Below are positions 1 through 12,070 of a stretch of DNA of 64,000 nt, in pieces. Position 1 is the stretch's first letter. Each line of letters starts with the position of its first letter. Both the position numbers and the translations under genes were made by a program. Origin of the DNA: Eledone cirrhosa (Eukaryota); the NCBI GenBank assembly GCA_964016885.1, contig OZ024743.1:135036001-135100000 (forward strand). Reading direction: 5' to 3'. The notes beneath the pieces were generated by a model, which searched no databases, was not told the origin of the DNA, and saw only the letters and a program-made list of their open reading frames with translations.

Positions 1-1400
1 TGGTGCTTGGTGCTTGGTGCTTGGTATCTGGTGCTTGGTGTTTGGTGCTTGGTGTTTGTATTTGGTGCTAGGTGCTTGGTGTTTGATGCTTGGTGATTGG
101 TGCTTGGTGCTTGGTGCTTGGTGCTTGGTGATTGGTGCTTGGTGTTTGGTGTTTGATGCTTGGTGATTGGTGTTTGGTGTTTGGTGCTTGGTGTTTGCTG
201 TTTGGCGTTTGGTGTTCGGCGTTTGATGTTTGGCGTTTGCTGTTTGGTGTTTGGTGCTTAATGTTTGCTGGTTCGTGTTTGGTGTTTGGTGTTTGCTGTT
301 TGGTGTTTGCTGTTTAGTGTTTGGTGCTTGGTGCTTGGTGCTTGGTGTTTGGTCTTTGGCGATTGGTGCTTGGTGTTTGGTGCCTGGTGCTTGGTGTTTG
401 GTGTTTGGCATTTGGTGTTTTGTACTTGGTGCTTGGTGCTTGGTTTTTGGTGTTTGGTGATTGGTGCTTGGTGCTTGGTGATTGGTTTTTGGTGCTTGGT
501 GCTTGGTGTTTGGTGCTTGGTGCTTGGGGCTTGGTGTTTGGTGCTTCTTGCTTGGTGCTTGGTGTTTGGTGTTTGGTGCTTGGTGCTTGGTGCTTGGTGC
601 TTGGTGTTTGGTTCTTGGTGCTTGGTGTTTGGTGTTTGGTGCTTGGTGGCTGGTGTTTTGTGTTTGGTGCTTGGTGTTTGGTGTTTGGTGCTTGGTGCTT
701 GGTTCCTGGTGCTTGGTGCTTGATGTTTTGTGCTTGGTGCTTGGTGCTTGGTGTTTGGTGTTTGGTGCTTGGTGCTTGGTGCTTTTGCTTGGTGCTTGCT
801 GTTTGGTGTTTGGTGCTTGGTGCTTGGTGTTTGTTGTTTGGTGTTTGGTGTTTGTTGTTTGGTGTTTGGTGTTTGCTGTTTGGTGTTTGATGTGTGGTGC
901 TTGGTGCTTGGTGTTTGGTATTTGGTGCTTGGTGCTTGGTGCTTGGTGTTTGGTGCTTGGTGCTTGGTGCTTGGTGTTTGTCACTTGGTGCTAGGTGTTT
1001 GGTGCTTGGTGCTTGGAGCTTTGTGTTTGGTGCTTGGTGCTTGATGCTTGATGTTTCGTGCTTGGTGCTTGGTACTTGGTGTTTGGTGCTTGGTGCTTGG
1101 TGTTTGGTGTTTGGTGTTTGGTGCTTGGTGCTTGGTGCTTGGTGTTTGGTGTTTGGTGTTTGGTGCTTGTTACTTGGTGTTTTGTGTTTGGTGTTTGGTG
1201 CTTGGTGCTTGGTGTTTGGTGCTTGGTGCTTGATGCTTGGTGCTTGGTGTTTGGTGTTTAGTGCTTGATGCTTGGTATTTGGTGTTTGGTGCTTGGTGCT
1301 TGGTGTTTGGTGTTTGGTGCTTGGTGCTTGGTGTTTGGTCTTTGGCGCTTGGTGCTTGGTGTTTGGTGCTTGGTGCTTTGTGCTTGGTGCTTGGTTTTTG
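1..1400 (+). repeat. Dispersed diverged block, related to about 18190-19600 and about 44570-45470
   Basis: The rare string GTTC(G/C)GCGTTTGATGTTTGGCGTTTGC...GCTGGTTCGTG is shared at about 213-280, 18402-18468 and 44779-44845. Matching pseudo-ORFs start at 132, 18321 and 44698. Confidence 0.85.
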
Positions 1401-2424
1401 GTGTTTGGTGCTTGGTGCTTGGTGTTTGGTGTTTGTTGATTGGTGCTTGGCGTTTGGTGCTTGGGGTTTGGTGCTTGGTGCTTGATGTTTGGTGTTTGGT
1501 GTTTGGTGCTTGGTGCTTGGTGTTTGGTGTTTAGTGCTTGGTGCTTGGTTCTTGGTGTTTGGTGCTTGGTGAATGGTGTTTGGTGTTTGGTGCTTGGTGC
1601 TTGGTGTTTGGTGCTTGATGTTTCGTGCTTGGTGTTTGGTGATTGGTGCTTGGTGCTTGGTGCTTGGTGTTTGGTGCTTCATGCTTGGTGCTTTGTGTTT
1701 GGTGTTTAGTGCTTGGTGCTTGGTGTTTGGTGTTTGGTGCTTGGTGCTTGGTGCTTGGTGATTGGTGCTTGGTGTTTGGTGTTTGGTGCTTGGTGATTGG
1801 TGTTTGGTGCTCGGTGCTTGGTGTTTGGTGTTTGGTGTTTGCTGTTTGGTGTTTGGTGTTTTCTGTTTGGTGTTTGGTGTTTGCTGTTTGGTGTTTGGTG
1901 TTTGCTGTTTGGTGTTTGCTGTTTGTGTTTGCTGTTTGGTGCTTGGTGCTTGGTGCTTGGTGTTTGTTCCTTGGTGCTTGGTGCTTGGTGCCTGGTGTTT
2001 GGTGTTTGGTGTTTGGTGCTTGGTGCTTGGTGCTTGGTGTTTGGTTCTTGGTGCTTGGTGTTTGGTGCTTGGTGCTTGGTGTTTGGTGTTTGGCATTTGG
2101 TGTTTGGTGCTTGGTGCTTTGTGCTTGGTGCTTGGTTTCTGGTGCTTGGTGCTTGGTATTTGGTGTTTGTTGATTGGTGCTTGGTGTCTGGTGCTTGGGG
2201 TTTGGTGCTTGGTGCTTGGTGTTTGGTGTTTGGTGTTTGGTGCGTGGTGCTTGGTGTTTGGTGCTTAGTGCTTGGTGCTTGGTGTCTGGTGCTTGGTGCT
2301 TTGTGCTTGGTGCTTGGTGCTTGTTGCTTGGCGTTTGGTGTTTGTTGTTTGATGTTTGGCATTTTCTGTCTGGTGTTTGGTGTTTGGTGTTTGCTGTTTG
2401 CTGTTTGGTGTTTGGTGCTTGGTG

Positions 2425-5400
2425 TTTGCTGTTTGGTGTTTTGTATTTGATGTTTGATGTTTGGTGTTTGCTGTTTGGTGTTTGGTGTTTGGTGTTTGGT
2501 GTTTGCTGTTTGGTGTTTGGTGTTTGGTGCTTGGTGCTTGGTGCTTGGTGCTTGGTGTTTGGTGCTTGGTGCTTGGTACTTGGTGTTTGGTGTTTGGTGC
2601 TCGGTGCTTGGTGCTTGGTGTTTGGTTCTTAGTGCTTGGTGTTTGGTGATTGGTTCTTGGTGCTTGGTGTTTGGTGCTTGGTGCTTGGTGTTTGGTATTT
2701 GGCGCTTGGTGCTTGGTGTTTGGTGCTAGGTGCTTGGTGCTTGGTGCTTGGTGCTTGGTGATTGGTGCTTTGTGTTTGTTGTTTGGTGCTTGGTACTTGG
2801 TGATTGGTGCTTGTTGTTTGGGCCTGGTGTTTGGTGTTTGGTGCTTGGTGTTTGATGTGTGGTACTTGGTGCTTGCTGTTTGGTGCTTGGTGCTTCGTGC
2901 TTGGTGCTTGGCTTTTGGTGCTTTGTGCTTGGTGCTTGGTGTTTGGTGCTTGGTGCTAGGCGTTTGGTGTTTGGTGCTTGGTGTTAGGTACTTGGTGCTT
3001 GGTGCTTGTTGTTTGGTGCTTGGTGCTTGGTGCTTGGTGTTTGGTGCTTGGTGCTTCGTGTTTGGTGTTTGGTGTTTGGTGCTTGGTGTTTGGTGCTTGG
3101 TGCTTGGTGCTTGGTGCTTGGGGTTTGGTGTTTAGTGCTTGGTGCTTGGTATTTGGTGTTTGGTGCTTGGTGCTTGGTGTTTGGTGTTTGGTGCTTGGTG
3201 CTTGGTGTTTGGTGTTTGGTGCTAGGTGCTTGGTATTTGGTGATTGGTGCTTGGTGCTTGGTGTTTGGTGCTCGGAGCTTGGTGCTTGGTGTTTGGTGCT
3301 TGGTGCTTGGTGTTTGGTTTTTGGCGCTTGGGGCTTGGTGTTTGGTGCTTGGTGCTTGGTGTTTGGTGTTTGGCATTTGGTGTTTGGTGCTTGGTGCTTT
3401 GTGCTTGGTGCTTGGTTTTTGGTGTTTGGTGCTTGGTTCTTGGTATTTGGTGTTTGTTGATTGGTGCTTGGTGTCTGGTGCTTGGTGTTTGGTGCTTGGT
3501 GCTTTGTGCTTGGTGCTTGGTTTTTGGTGTTTGGGGCTTGGTGCTTGGTGTTTGGTGTTTGTTGATTGGTGCTTTGTGTTTGGTGCTTGGGGTTTGGTGC
3601 TTGGTGCTTGGTGTTTGGTGTTTGGTGTTTGGTGCTTGGTGCTTGGTGTTTGGTGTTTGGTGCTTGGTGCTTGGTGTTTGGTGTTTAGTGCTTGGTGCTT
3701 GGTTCTTGGTGTTTGGTCCTTGGTGCTTGGTGTTTGGTGTTTGGTGCTTGGTGCTTGGTGTTTGGTGCTTGATGTTTCGTGCTTGGTGTTTGGTGATTGG
3801 TGCTTGGTGCTTGGTGCTCGGTGTTTGGTGTTTGGAGTTTGGTGCTTGGTGCTTGGTGTTTGGTGTTTGGTGCTTGGTGCTTGGTGATTGGTGCTTGTTG
3901 CTTCGTGCTTGGTATTTGGTGCTTGGTGTTTGGTGTTTGATGTTTGGTGTTTGCTGTTTGCTGTTTGGTGTTTGCTGTTTGGTGTTTGCTGTTTGGTGTT
4001 TGGTGTTTGCTGTTTGGTGTTTGGTGTTTGCTGTTTGGTGTTTGGTGTTTGCTGTTTGGTGTTTGCTGTTTGTGTTTGCTGTTTGGTGCTTGGTGCTTGG
4101 TGCTTGGTGTTTGTTCCTTGGTGCTTGGTGCTTGGTGATTGGTGCTTGGTGCCTGGTCTTTGGTGTTTGGTGTTTGGTGCTTGGTGCTTGGTGCTTGGTG
4201 TTTGGTGCTTGGTGCTTGGTGTTTGGTGCTTGGTGCTTGGTGTTTGGTGTTTGGCATTTGGTGTTTGGTGCTTGGTGCTTTGTGCTTGGTGCTTGTTTTT
4301 TGGTGCTTGGTGCTTGGTATTTGGTGTTTGTTGATTGGTGCTTGGTGTCTGGTGCTTGGGGTTTGGTGTTTGGTGTTTGGTGCGTTGTGCTTGGTGTTTG
4401 GTGCTTGGTGCTTGGTGCTTGGTGTTTGGTGCTGGGTGCTTTGTGCTTGGTGCTTGGTGCTTGGTGCTTGGCGTTTGGTGTTTGTCGTTTGATGTTTGGC
4501 ATTTTCTGTTTGGTGTTTGGTGTTTGGTGTTTGCTGTTTGCTGTTTGGTGTTTGCTGTTTGGTGTTTGCTGTTTGGTGTTTGGTGTTTGCTGTTTGGTGT
4601 TTGGTGTTTGCTGTTTGGTGTTTGGTGTTTGCTGTTTGGTGTTTGCTGTTTGGTGCTTAGTGCTTGGTGCTTAGTGCTTGGTGCTTGGTGTTTGTTCCTT
4701 GGTGCTTGGTGCTTGGTGATTGGTGCTTGGTGCCTGGTCTTTGGTGTTTGGTGTTTGGTGCTTGGTGCTTGGTGCTTGGTGTTTGGTTCATGGTGCTAGG
4801 TATTTGGTGTTTGGTGCTCGGAGCTTGGTGCTTGGTGTTTGGTGCTTGGTGCTTGGTGTTTGGTGCTTGGTGCTTGGTGTTTGGTGTTTGGCATTTGGTG
4901 TTTGGTGCTTGGTGCTTTGTGCTTGGTGCTTGGTTTTTGGTGCTTGGTGCTTGGTATTTGGTGTTTGTTGATTGGTGCTTGGTGTCTGGTGCTTGGGGTT
5001 TGGTGTTTGGTGTTTGGTGCGTTGTGCTTGGTGTTTGGTGCTTGGTGCTTGGTGCTTGGTGTTTGGTGCTGGGTGCTTTGTGCTTGGTGCTTGGTGCTTG
5101 GTGCTTGGCGTTTGGTGTTTGTCGTTTGATGTTTGGCATTTTCTGTTTGGTGCTTGGTGCTTGGTGTTTGGTGCTCGGAGCTTGGTGCTTGGTGTTTGGT
5201 GCTTGGTGCTTGGTGTTTGGTTTTTGGCGCTTGGTGCTTGGTGTTTGGTGCTTGGTGCTTGGTGTTTGGTGTTTGGCATTTGGTGTTTGGTGCTTGGTGC
5301 TTTGTGCTTGGTGCTTGGTTTTTGGTGTTTGGTGCTTGGTTCTTGGTATTTGGTGTTTGTTGATTGGTGCTTGGTGTCTGGTGCTTGGGGTTTGGTGCTT

Positions 5401-8400
5401 GCTGCTTGGTGTTTGGTGTTTGGTGTTTGGTGCGTGGTGCTTGGTTTTTTTGGTTATTGGTGCTTGGTGCTTGGTGTTTGGTGCTTGGTGCTTGGTGCTT
5501 GGTGCTTGGCGTTTGGTGTTTGTCGTTTGATGTTTGGCCTTTTCTGTTTGGTGTTTGGTGTTAGGTGTTTGCTCTTTGGTGTATGCTGTTTGGTGTTTGG
5601 TGTTTGCTGTTTGGTGTTTGCTGTTTGGTGTTTTGTATTTGATGTTTGGTGTTGGGTGTTTGCTGTTTGGTGTTTAGTGTTTGGTGTTTGGTGTTAGCTA
5701 TTTGGTGTTTGGTGTTTGCTGTTTGGTGCTTGGTGCTTGGTGCTTGGTGTTTGGTGCTTTGTGCTTGGTACTTGGTGTTTGGTGTTTGGTGCTTGGTGCT
5801 TGGTGTTTGGTGTTTGGTGCTTGGTGCTTGGTGCTTGGTGTTTGGTGCTTTGTGCTTGGTACTTGGTGTTTGGTGTTTGGTGCTTGGTGCTTGCTGTTTG
5901 GTGTTTGGTGATTGGTGCTTGGTGTTTGGTGATTGGTGCTTGGTGCTTGGTGTTTGGTGCTTGGTGCTTGGTGCTTGGTGCTTGGCGTTTGGTGTTTGTC
6001 GTTTGATGTTTGGCATTTTCTGTTTGCTGTTTGGTGTTTTGTATTTGATGTTTGATGTTTGGTGTTTGCTGTTTGGTGTTTGGTGTTTGGTGTTTGGTGT
6101 TTGCTGTTTGGTGTTTGGTGTTTGGTGCTTGGTGCTTGGTGCTTGGTGCTTGGTGTTTGGTGCTTGGTGCTTGGTACTTGGTGTTTGGTGTTTGGTGCTC
6201 GTTGCTTGGTGCTTGGTGTTTGGTTCTTAGTGCTTGGTGTTTGGTGATTGGTGCTTGGTGCTTGGTGTTTGGTGCTTGGTGCTTGGTGTTTGGTGTTTGG
6301 CGCTTGGTGCTTGGTGTTTGGTGCTAGGTGCTTGGTGCTTGGTGCTTGGTGCTTGGTGATTGGTGCTTTGTGTTTGTTGTTTGGTGCTTGGTACTTGGTC
6401 ATTGGTGCTTGGTGTTTGGGCCTGGTGTTTGGTGTTTGGTGCTTGGTGTTTGATGTGTGGTACTTGGTGCTTGCTGTTTGGTGCTTGGTGCTTCGTGCTT
6501 GGTGCTTGGCTTTTGGTGCTTTGTGCTTGGTGCTTGGTGTTTGGTGCTTGGTGCTAGGCGTTTGGTGTTTGGTGCTTGGTGCTTGGTGTTAGGTACTTGG
6601 TGCTTGGTGCCTGTTGTTTGGTGCTTGGTGTTTGGTGCTTGGTGCTTCGTGTTTGGTTTTTGGTGTTTGGTGCTTGGTGTTTGGTGCTTGGTGCTTGGTG
6701 CTTGGTGCTTGGGGTTTGGTGTTTAGTGATTGGTGCTTGGTATTTGGTGTTTGGTGCTTGGTGCTTGGTGTTTGGTGTTTGGTGCTTGGTGCTTGGTGTT
6801 TGGTGTTTGGTGCTAGGTGCTTGGTATTTGGTGATTGGTGCTTGGTGCTTGGTGTTTGGTGCTCGGAGCTTGGTGCTTGGTGTTTGGTGCTTGGTGCTTG
6901 GTGTTTGGTTTTTGGCGCTTGGTGCTTGGTGTTTGGTGCTTGGTGCTTGGTGTTTGGTGTTTGGCATTTGGTGATTGGTGCTTGGTGCTTTGTGCTTGGT
7001 GCTTGGTTTTTGGTGTTTGGTGCTTGGTTCTTGGTATTTGGTGTTTGTTGATTGGTGCTTGGTGTCTGGTGCTTGGTGTTTGGTGCTTGGTGCTTTGTGC
7101 TTGGTGCTTGGTTTTTGGTGTTTGGTGCTTGGTGCTTGGTGTTTGGTGTTTGTTGATTGGTGCTTTGTGTTTGGTGCTTGGGGTTTGGTGCTTGGTGCTT
7201 GGTGTTTGGTGTTTGGTGTTTGGTGCTTGGTGCTTGGTGTTTGGTGTTTGGTGCTTGGTGCTTGGTGTTTGGTGTTTAGTGCTTGGTGTTTGGTTCTTGG
7301 TGTTTGGTCCTTGGTGCTTGGTGTTTGGTGTTTGGTGCTTGGTGCTTGGTGTTTGGTGCTTGATGTTTCGTGCTTGGTGTTTGGTGATTGGTGCTTGGTG
7401 CTTGGTGCTCGGTGTTTGGTGTTTGGAGTTTGGTGCTTGGTGCTTGGTGTTTGGTGTTTGGTGCTTGGTGCTGGGTGATTGGTGCTTGTTGCTTCGTGCT
7501 TGTTATTTGGTGCTTGGTGTTTGGTGTTTGATGTTTGGTGTTTGCTGTTTGCTGTTTGGTGTTTGTTGTTTGGTGTTTGCTGTTTGGTGTTTGGTGTTTG
7601 CTGTTTGGTGTTTGGTGTTTGCTGTTTGGTGTTTGGTGTTTGCTGTTTGGTATTTGCTGTTTGTGTTTGCTGTTTGGTGCTTGGTGCTTGGTGCTTGGTG
7701 TTTGTTCCTTGGTGCTTGGTGCTTGGTGATTGGTGCTTGGTGCCTGGTCTTTGGTGTTTGGTGTTTGGTGCTTGGTGCTTGGTGCTTGGTGTTTGGTGCT
7801 TGGTGCTTGGTGTTTGGTGCTTGGTGCTTGGTGTTTGGTGTTTGGCATTTGGTGTTTGGTGCTTGGTGCTTTGTGCTTGGTGCTTGGTTTGTGGTGCTTG
7901 GTGCTTGGTATTTGGTGTTTGTTGATTGGTGCTTGGTGTCTGGTGCTTGGGGTTTGGTGTTTGGTGTTTGGTGCGTTGTGCTTGGTGCTTGGTGTTTGGT
8001 GCTGGGTGCTTTGTGCTTGGTGCTTGGTGCTTGGTGCTTGGCGTTTGGTGTTTGTCGTTTGATGTTTGGCATTTTCTGTTTGGTGTTTGGTGTTTGGTGT
8101 TTGCTGTTTGCTGTTTGGTGTTTGCTGTTTGCTGTTTGCTGTTTGGTGTTTGGTGTTTGCTGTTTGGTGTTTGCTGTTTGCTGTTTGGTGTTTGCTGTTT
8201 GTGTTTGCTGTTTGGTGCTTGGTGCTTGGTGCTTGGTGTTTGTTCCTTGGTGCTTGGTGCTTGGTGATTGGTGCTTGGTGCCTGGTCTTTGGTGTTTGGT
8301 GTTTGGTGCTTGGTGCTTGGTGCTTGGTGTTTGGTTCTTGGTGCTAGGTATTTGGTGTTTGGTGCTCGGAGCTTGGTGCTTGGTGTTTGGTGCTTGGTGC

Positions 8401-9520
8401 TTGGTGTTTGGTGCTTGGTGCTTGGTGTTTGGTGTTTGGCATTTGGTGTTTGGTGCTTGGTGCTTTGTGCTTGGTGCTTGGTTTTTGGTGCTTGGTGCTT
8501 GGTATTTGGTGTTTGTTGATTGGTGCTTGGTGTCTGGTGCTTGGGGTTTGGTGTTTGGTGTTTGGTGCGTTGTGCTTGGTGTTTGGTGCTTGGTGCTTGG
8601 TGCTTGGTGTTTGGTGCTGCGTGCTTTGTGCTTGGTGCTTGGTGCTTGGTGCTTGGCGTTTGGTGTTTGTCGTTTGATGTTTGGCATTTTCTGTTTGGTG
8701 CTTGGTGCTTGGTGTTTGGTGCTCGGAGCTTGGTGCTTGGTGTTTGGTGCTTGGTGCTTGGTGTTTGGTTTTTGGCGCTTGGTGCTTGGTGTTTGGTGCT
8801 TGGTTCTTGGTGTTTGGTGTTTGGCATTTGGTGTTTGGTGCTTGGTGCTTTGTGCTTGGTGCTTGGTTTTTGGTGTTTGGTGCTTGGTTCTTGGTATTTG
8901 GTGTTTGTTGATTGGTGCTTGGTGTCTGGTGCTTGGGGTTTGGTGCTTGCTGCTTGGTGTTTGGTGTTTGGTGTTTGGTGCGTGGTGCTTGGTTTTTTGG
9001 GTTATTGGTGCTTGGTGCTTGGTGCTTGGTGCTTGGTGCTTGGTGCTTGGTGCTTGGCGTTTGGTGTTTGTCGTTTGATGTTTGGCATTTTCTGTTTGGT
9101 GTTTGGTGTTTGGTGTTTGCTGTTTGGTGTTTGCTGTTTGGTGTTTGGTGTTTGCTGTTTGGTGTTTGCTGTTTGGTGTTTTGTATTTGATGTTTGGTGT
9201 TTGGTGTTTGCTGTTTGGTGTTTAGTGTTTGGTGTTTGGTGTGAGCTATTTGGTGTTTGGTGTTTGCTGTTTGGTGCTTGGTGCTTGGTGCTTGGTGTTT
9301 GGTGCTTTGTGCTTGGTACTTGGTGTTTGGTGTTTGGTGCTTGGTGCTTGGTGTTTGGTGTTTGGTGCTTGTGCTTGGTGCTTGGTGTTTGGTGCTTTGT
9401 GCTTGGTACTTGGTGTTTGGTGTTTGGTGCTTGGTGCTTGCTGTTTGGTGTTTGGTGATTGGTGCTTGGTGTTTGGTGATTGGTGCTTGGTGCTTGGTGT
9501 TTGGTGCTTGGTGCTTGGTG
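2425..9520 (+). repeat. Tandem duplication of about 3.6 kb (about 2425-5975 and about 6023-9520)
   Basis: Landmarks recur at consistent offsets: 2454/6052 and 2650/6248 (3598 = 514x7), 3244/6835, 3888/7479 and 4139/7730 (3591 = 513x7), and 4720/8268 (3548). Confidence 0.9.
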
Positions 9521-12070
9521 TTTGGTGCTTGGTGCTTGGTGCTTGGTGCTTGGTGCTTGGTGATTGGTGCTTTGTGTTTGTTGCTTGGTGCTTGGTGCTT
9601 GGTGATTGGTGCTTGGTGTTTGGGCCTGGTGTTTGGTGTTTGGTGCTTGGTGTTTGATGTGTGGTACTTGGTGCTTGCTGTTTGGTGCTTGGTGCTTGGT
9701 GCTTGGTGCTTGGCTTTTGGTGCTTTGTGCTTGGTGCTTGGTGTTTGGTGCTTGGTGCTAGGCGTTTGGTGTTAGGTACTTGGTGCTTGGTGCTTGTTGT
9801 TTGGTGCTTGGTGCTTGGTGCTTGGAGTTTGGTGCTTGGTGCTTGGAGTTTGGTGCTTGGTGCTTGGTGTTTGGTGTTTGGTGTTTGGTACTTGGTACTT
9901 GGTGTTTTGTGTTTGGTGTTTGGTGCTTGGTTCTTGGTGTTTGGTGCTTGGTGCTTGGTGCTTGGTGCTTGGTGCTTGGTGATTGGTGCTTTGTGTTTGT
10001 TGCTTGGTGCTTGGTACTTGGTGATTGGTGCTTGGTGTTTGGGCCTGGTATTTGGTGTTTGGTGCTTGGTGTTTGATGTGTGGTACTTGGTGCTTGGGGT
10101 TAGGTGTTTGGTGCTTGGTGCTTGGTGCTTGGCTTTTGGTGCTTTGTGCTTGGTGCTTGGTGTTTGGTGCTTGGTGCTAGGCGTTTGGTGTTTGGTGCTT
10201 GGTGCTTTGTGTTAGGTAATTGGTGCTTGGTGCTTGTTGTTTGGTGCTTGGTGCTTGGTGCTTGGTGTTTGGTGCTTGGTGCTTGGTGTTTGGTGTTTGT
10301 TGATTGGTGCTTGGTGTCTGGTGCTTGGGGTTTGGTGTTTGGTGTTTGGTGCGTTGTGCTTGGTGTTTGGTGCTTGGTGCTTGGTGCTTGGTGTTTGGTG
10401 CTGCGTGCTTTGTGCTTGGTGCTTGGTGCTTGGTGCTTGGCGTTTGGTGTTTGTCGTTTGATGTTTGGCATTTTCTGTTTGGTGCTTGGTGCTTGGTGTT
10501 TGGTGCTCGGAGCTTGGTGCTTGGTGTTTGGTGCTTGGTGCTTGGTGTTTGGTTTTTGGCGCTTGGTGCTTGGTGTTTGGTGCTTGGTGCTTGGTGTTTG
10601 GTGTTTGGCATTTGGTGTTTGGTGCTTGGTGCTTTGTGCTTGGTGCTTGGTTTTTGGTGTTTGGTGCTTGGTTCTTGGTATTTGGTGTTTGTTGATTGGT
10701 GCTTGGTGTCTGGTGCTTGGGGTTTGGTGCTTGCTGCTTGGTGTTTGGTGTTTGGTGTTTGGTGCGTGGTGCTTGGTTTTTTTGGTTATTGGTGCTTGGT
10801 GCTTGGTGCTTGGTGCTTGGTGCTTGGTGCTTGGCGTTTGGTGTTTGTCGTTTGATGTTTGGCATTTTCTGTTTGGTGTTTGGTGTTTGCTGTTTGCTGT
10901 TTGGTGTTTGCTGTTTGGTGTTTGGTGTTTGCTGTTTGGTGTTTGCTGTTTGGTGTTTTGTATTTGATGTTTGGTGTTTGGTGTTTGCTGTTTGGTGTTT
11001 AGTGTTTGGTGTTTGGTGTGAGCTATTTGGTGTTTGGTGTTTGCTGTTTGGTGCTTGGTGCTTGGTGCTTGGTGTTTGGTGCTTTGTGCTTGGTACTTGG
11101 TGTTTGGTGTTTGGTGCTTGGTGCTTGGTGTTTGGTGTTTGGTGCTTGGTGCTTGGTGCTTGGTGTTTGGTGCTTTGTGCTTGGTACTTGGTGTTTGGTG
11201 TTTGGTGCTTGGTGCTTGCTGTTTGGTGTTTGGTGATTGGTGCTTGGTGTTTGGTGATTGGTGCTTGGTGCTTGGTGTTTGGTGCTTGGTGCTTGGTGTT
11301 TGGTGCTTGGTGCTTGGTGCTTGGTGCTTGGTGCTTGGTGATTGGTGCTTTGTGTTTGTTGCTTGGTGCTTGGTGCTTGGTGATTGGTGCTTGGTGTTTG
11401 GGCCTGGTGTTTGGTGTTTGGTGCTTGCTGTTTGATGTGTGGTACTTGGTGCTTGCTGTTTGGTGCTTGGTGCTTGGTGCTTGGTGGTTGGCTTTTGGTG
11501 CTTTGTGCTTGGTGCTTGGTGTTTGGTGCTTGGTGCTAGGCGTTTGGTGTTAGGTACTTGGTGCTTGGTGCTTGTTGTTTGGTGCTTTGTGCTTGGTGCT
11601 TGGAGTTTGGTGCTTGGTGCTTGGAGTTTGGTGCTTGGTGCTTGGTGTTTGGTGTTTGGTGTTTGGTACTTGGTACTTGGTGTTTTGTGTTTGGTGTTTG
11701 GTGCTTGGTGCTTGGTGTTTGGTGCTTGGTGCTTGGTGCTTGGTGCTTGGTGCTTGGTGATTGGTGCTTTGTGTTTGTTGCTTGGTGCTTGGTACTTGGT
11801 GATTGGTGCTTGGTGTTTGGGCCTGGTATTTGGTGTTTGGTGCTTGGTGTTTGATGTGTGGTACTTGGTGCTTGCTGTTTGGTGTTTGGTGCTTGGTGCT
11901 TGGTGCTTGGCTTTTGGTGCTTTGTGCTTGGTGCTTGGTGTTTGGTGCTTGGTGCTAGGCGTTTGGTGTTTGGTGCTTGGTGCTTTGTGTTAGGTAATTG
12001 GTGCTTGGTGCTTGTTGTTTGGTGCTTGGTGCTTGGTGCTTGGTGTTTGGTGCTTGGTGCTTGGTGTTTG
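8500..12070 (+). repeat. Tandem duplication of about 1.78 kb (about 8500-10280 and about 10285-12070), each copy with an internal 419-bp repeat
   Basis: Offsets are 8681/10465 (1784), 9229/11006 (1777) and 9780/11558 (1778). The GTGAGCTATT landmark occurs at about 9241 and 11018. The TTGGGCCTGG landmark appears twice per copy, 419 bp apart. Confidence 0.9.

Noticed and set aside
640-660. Chi-like sequence (GCTGGTGG) similarity of GCTTGGTG/GCTGGTGT
   Set aside because: It is not an exact match, and the resemblance is expected from base composition.
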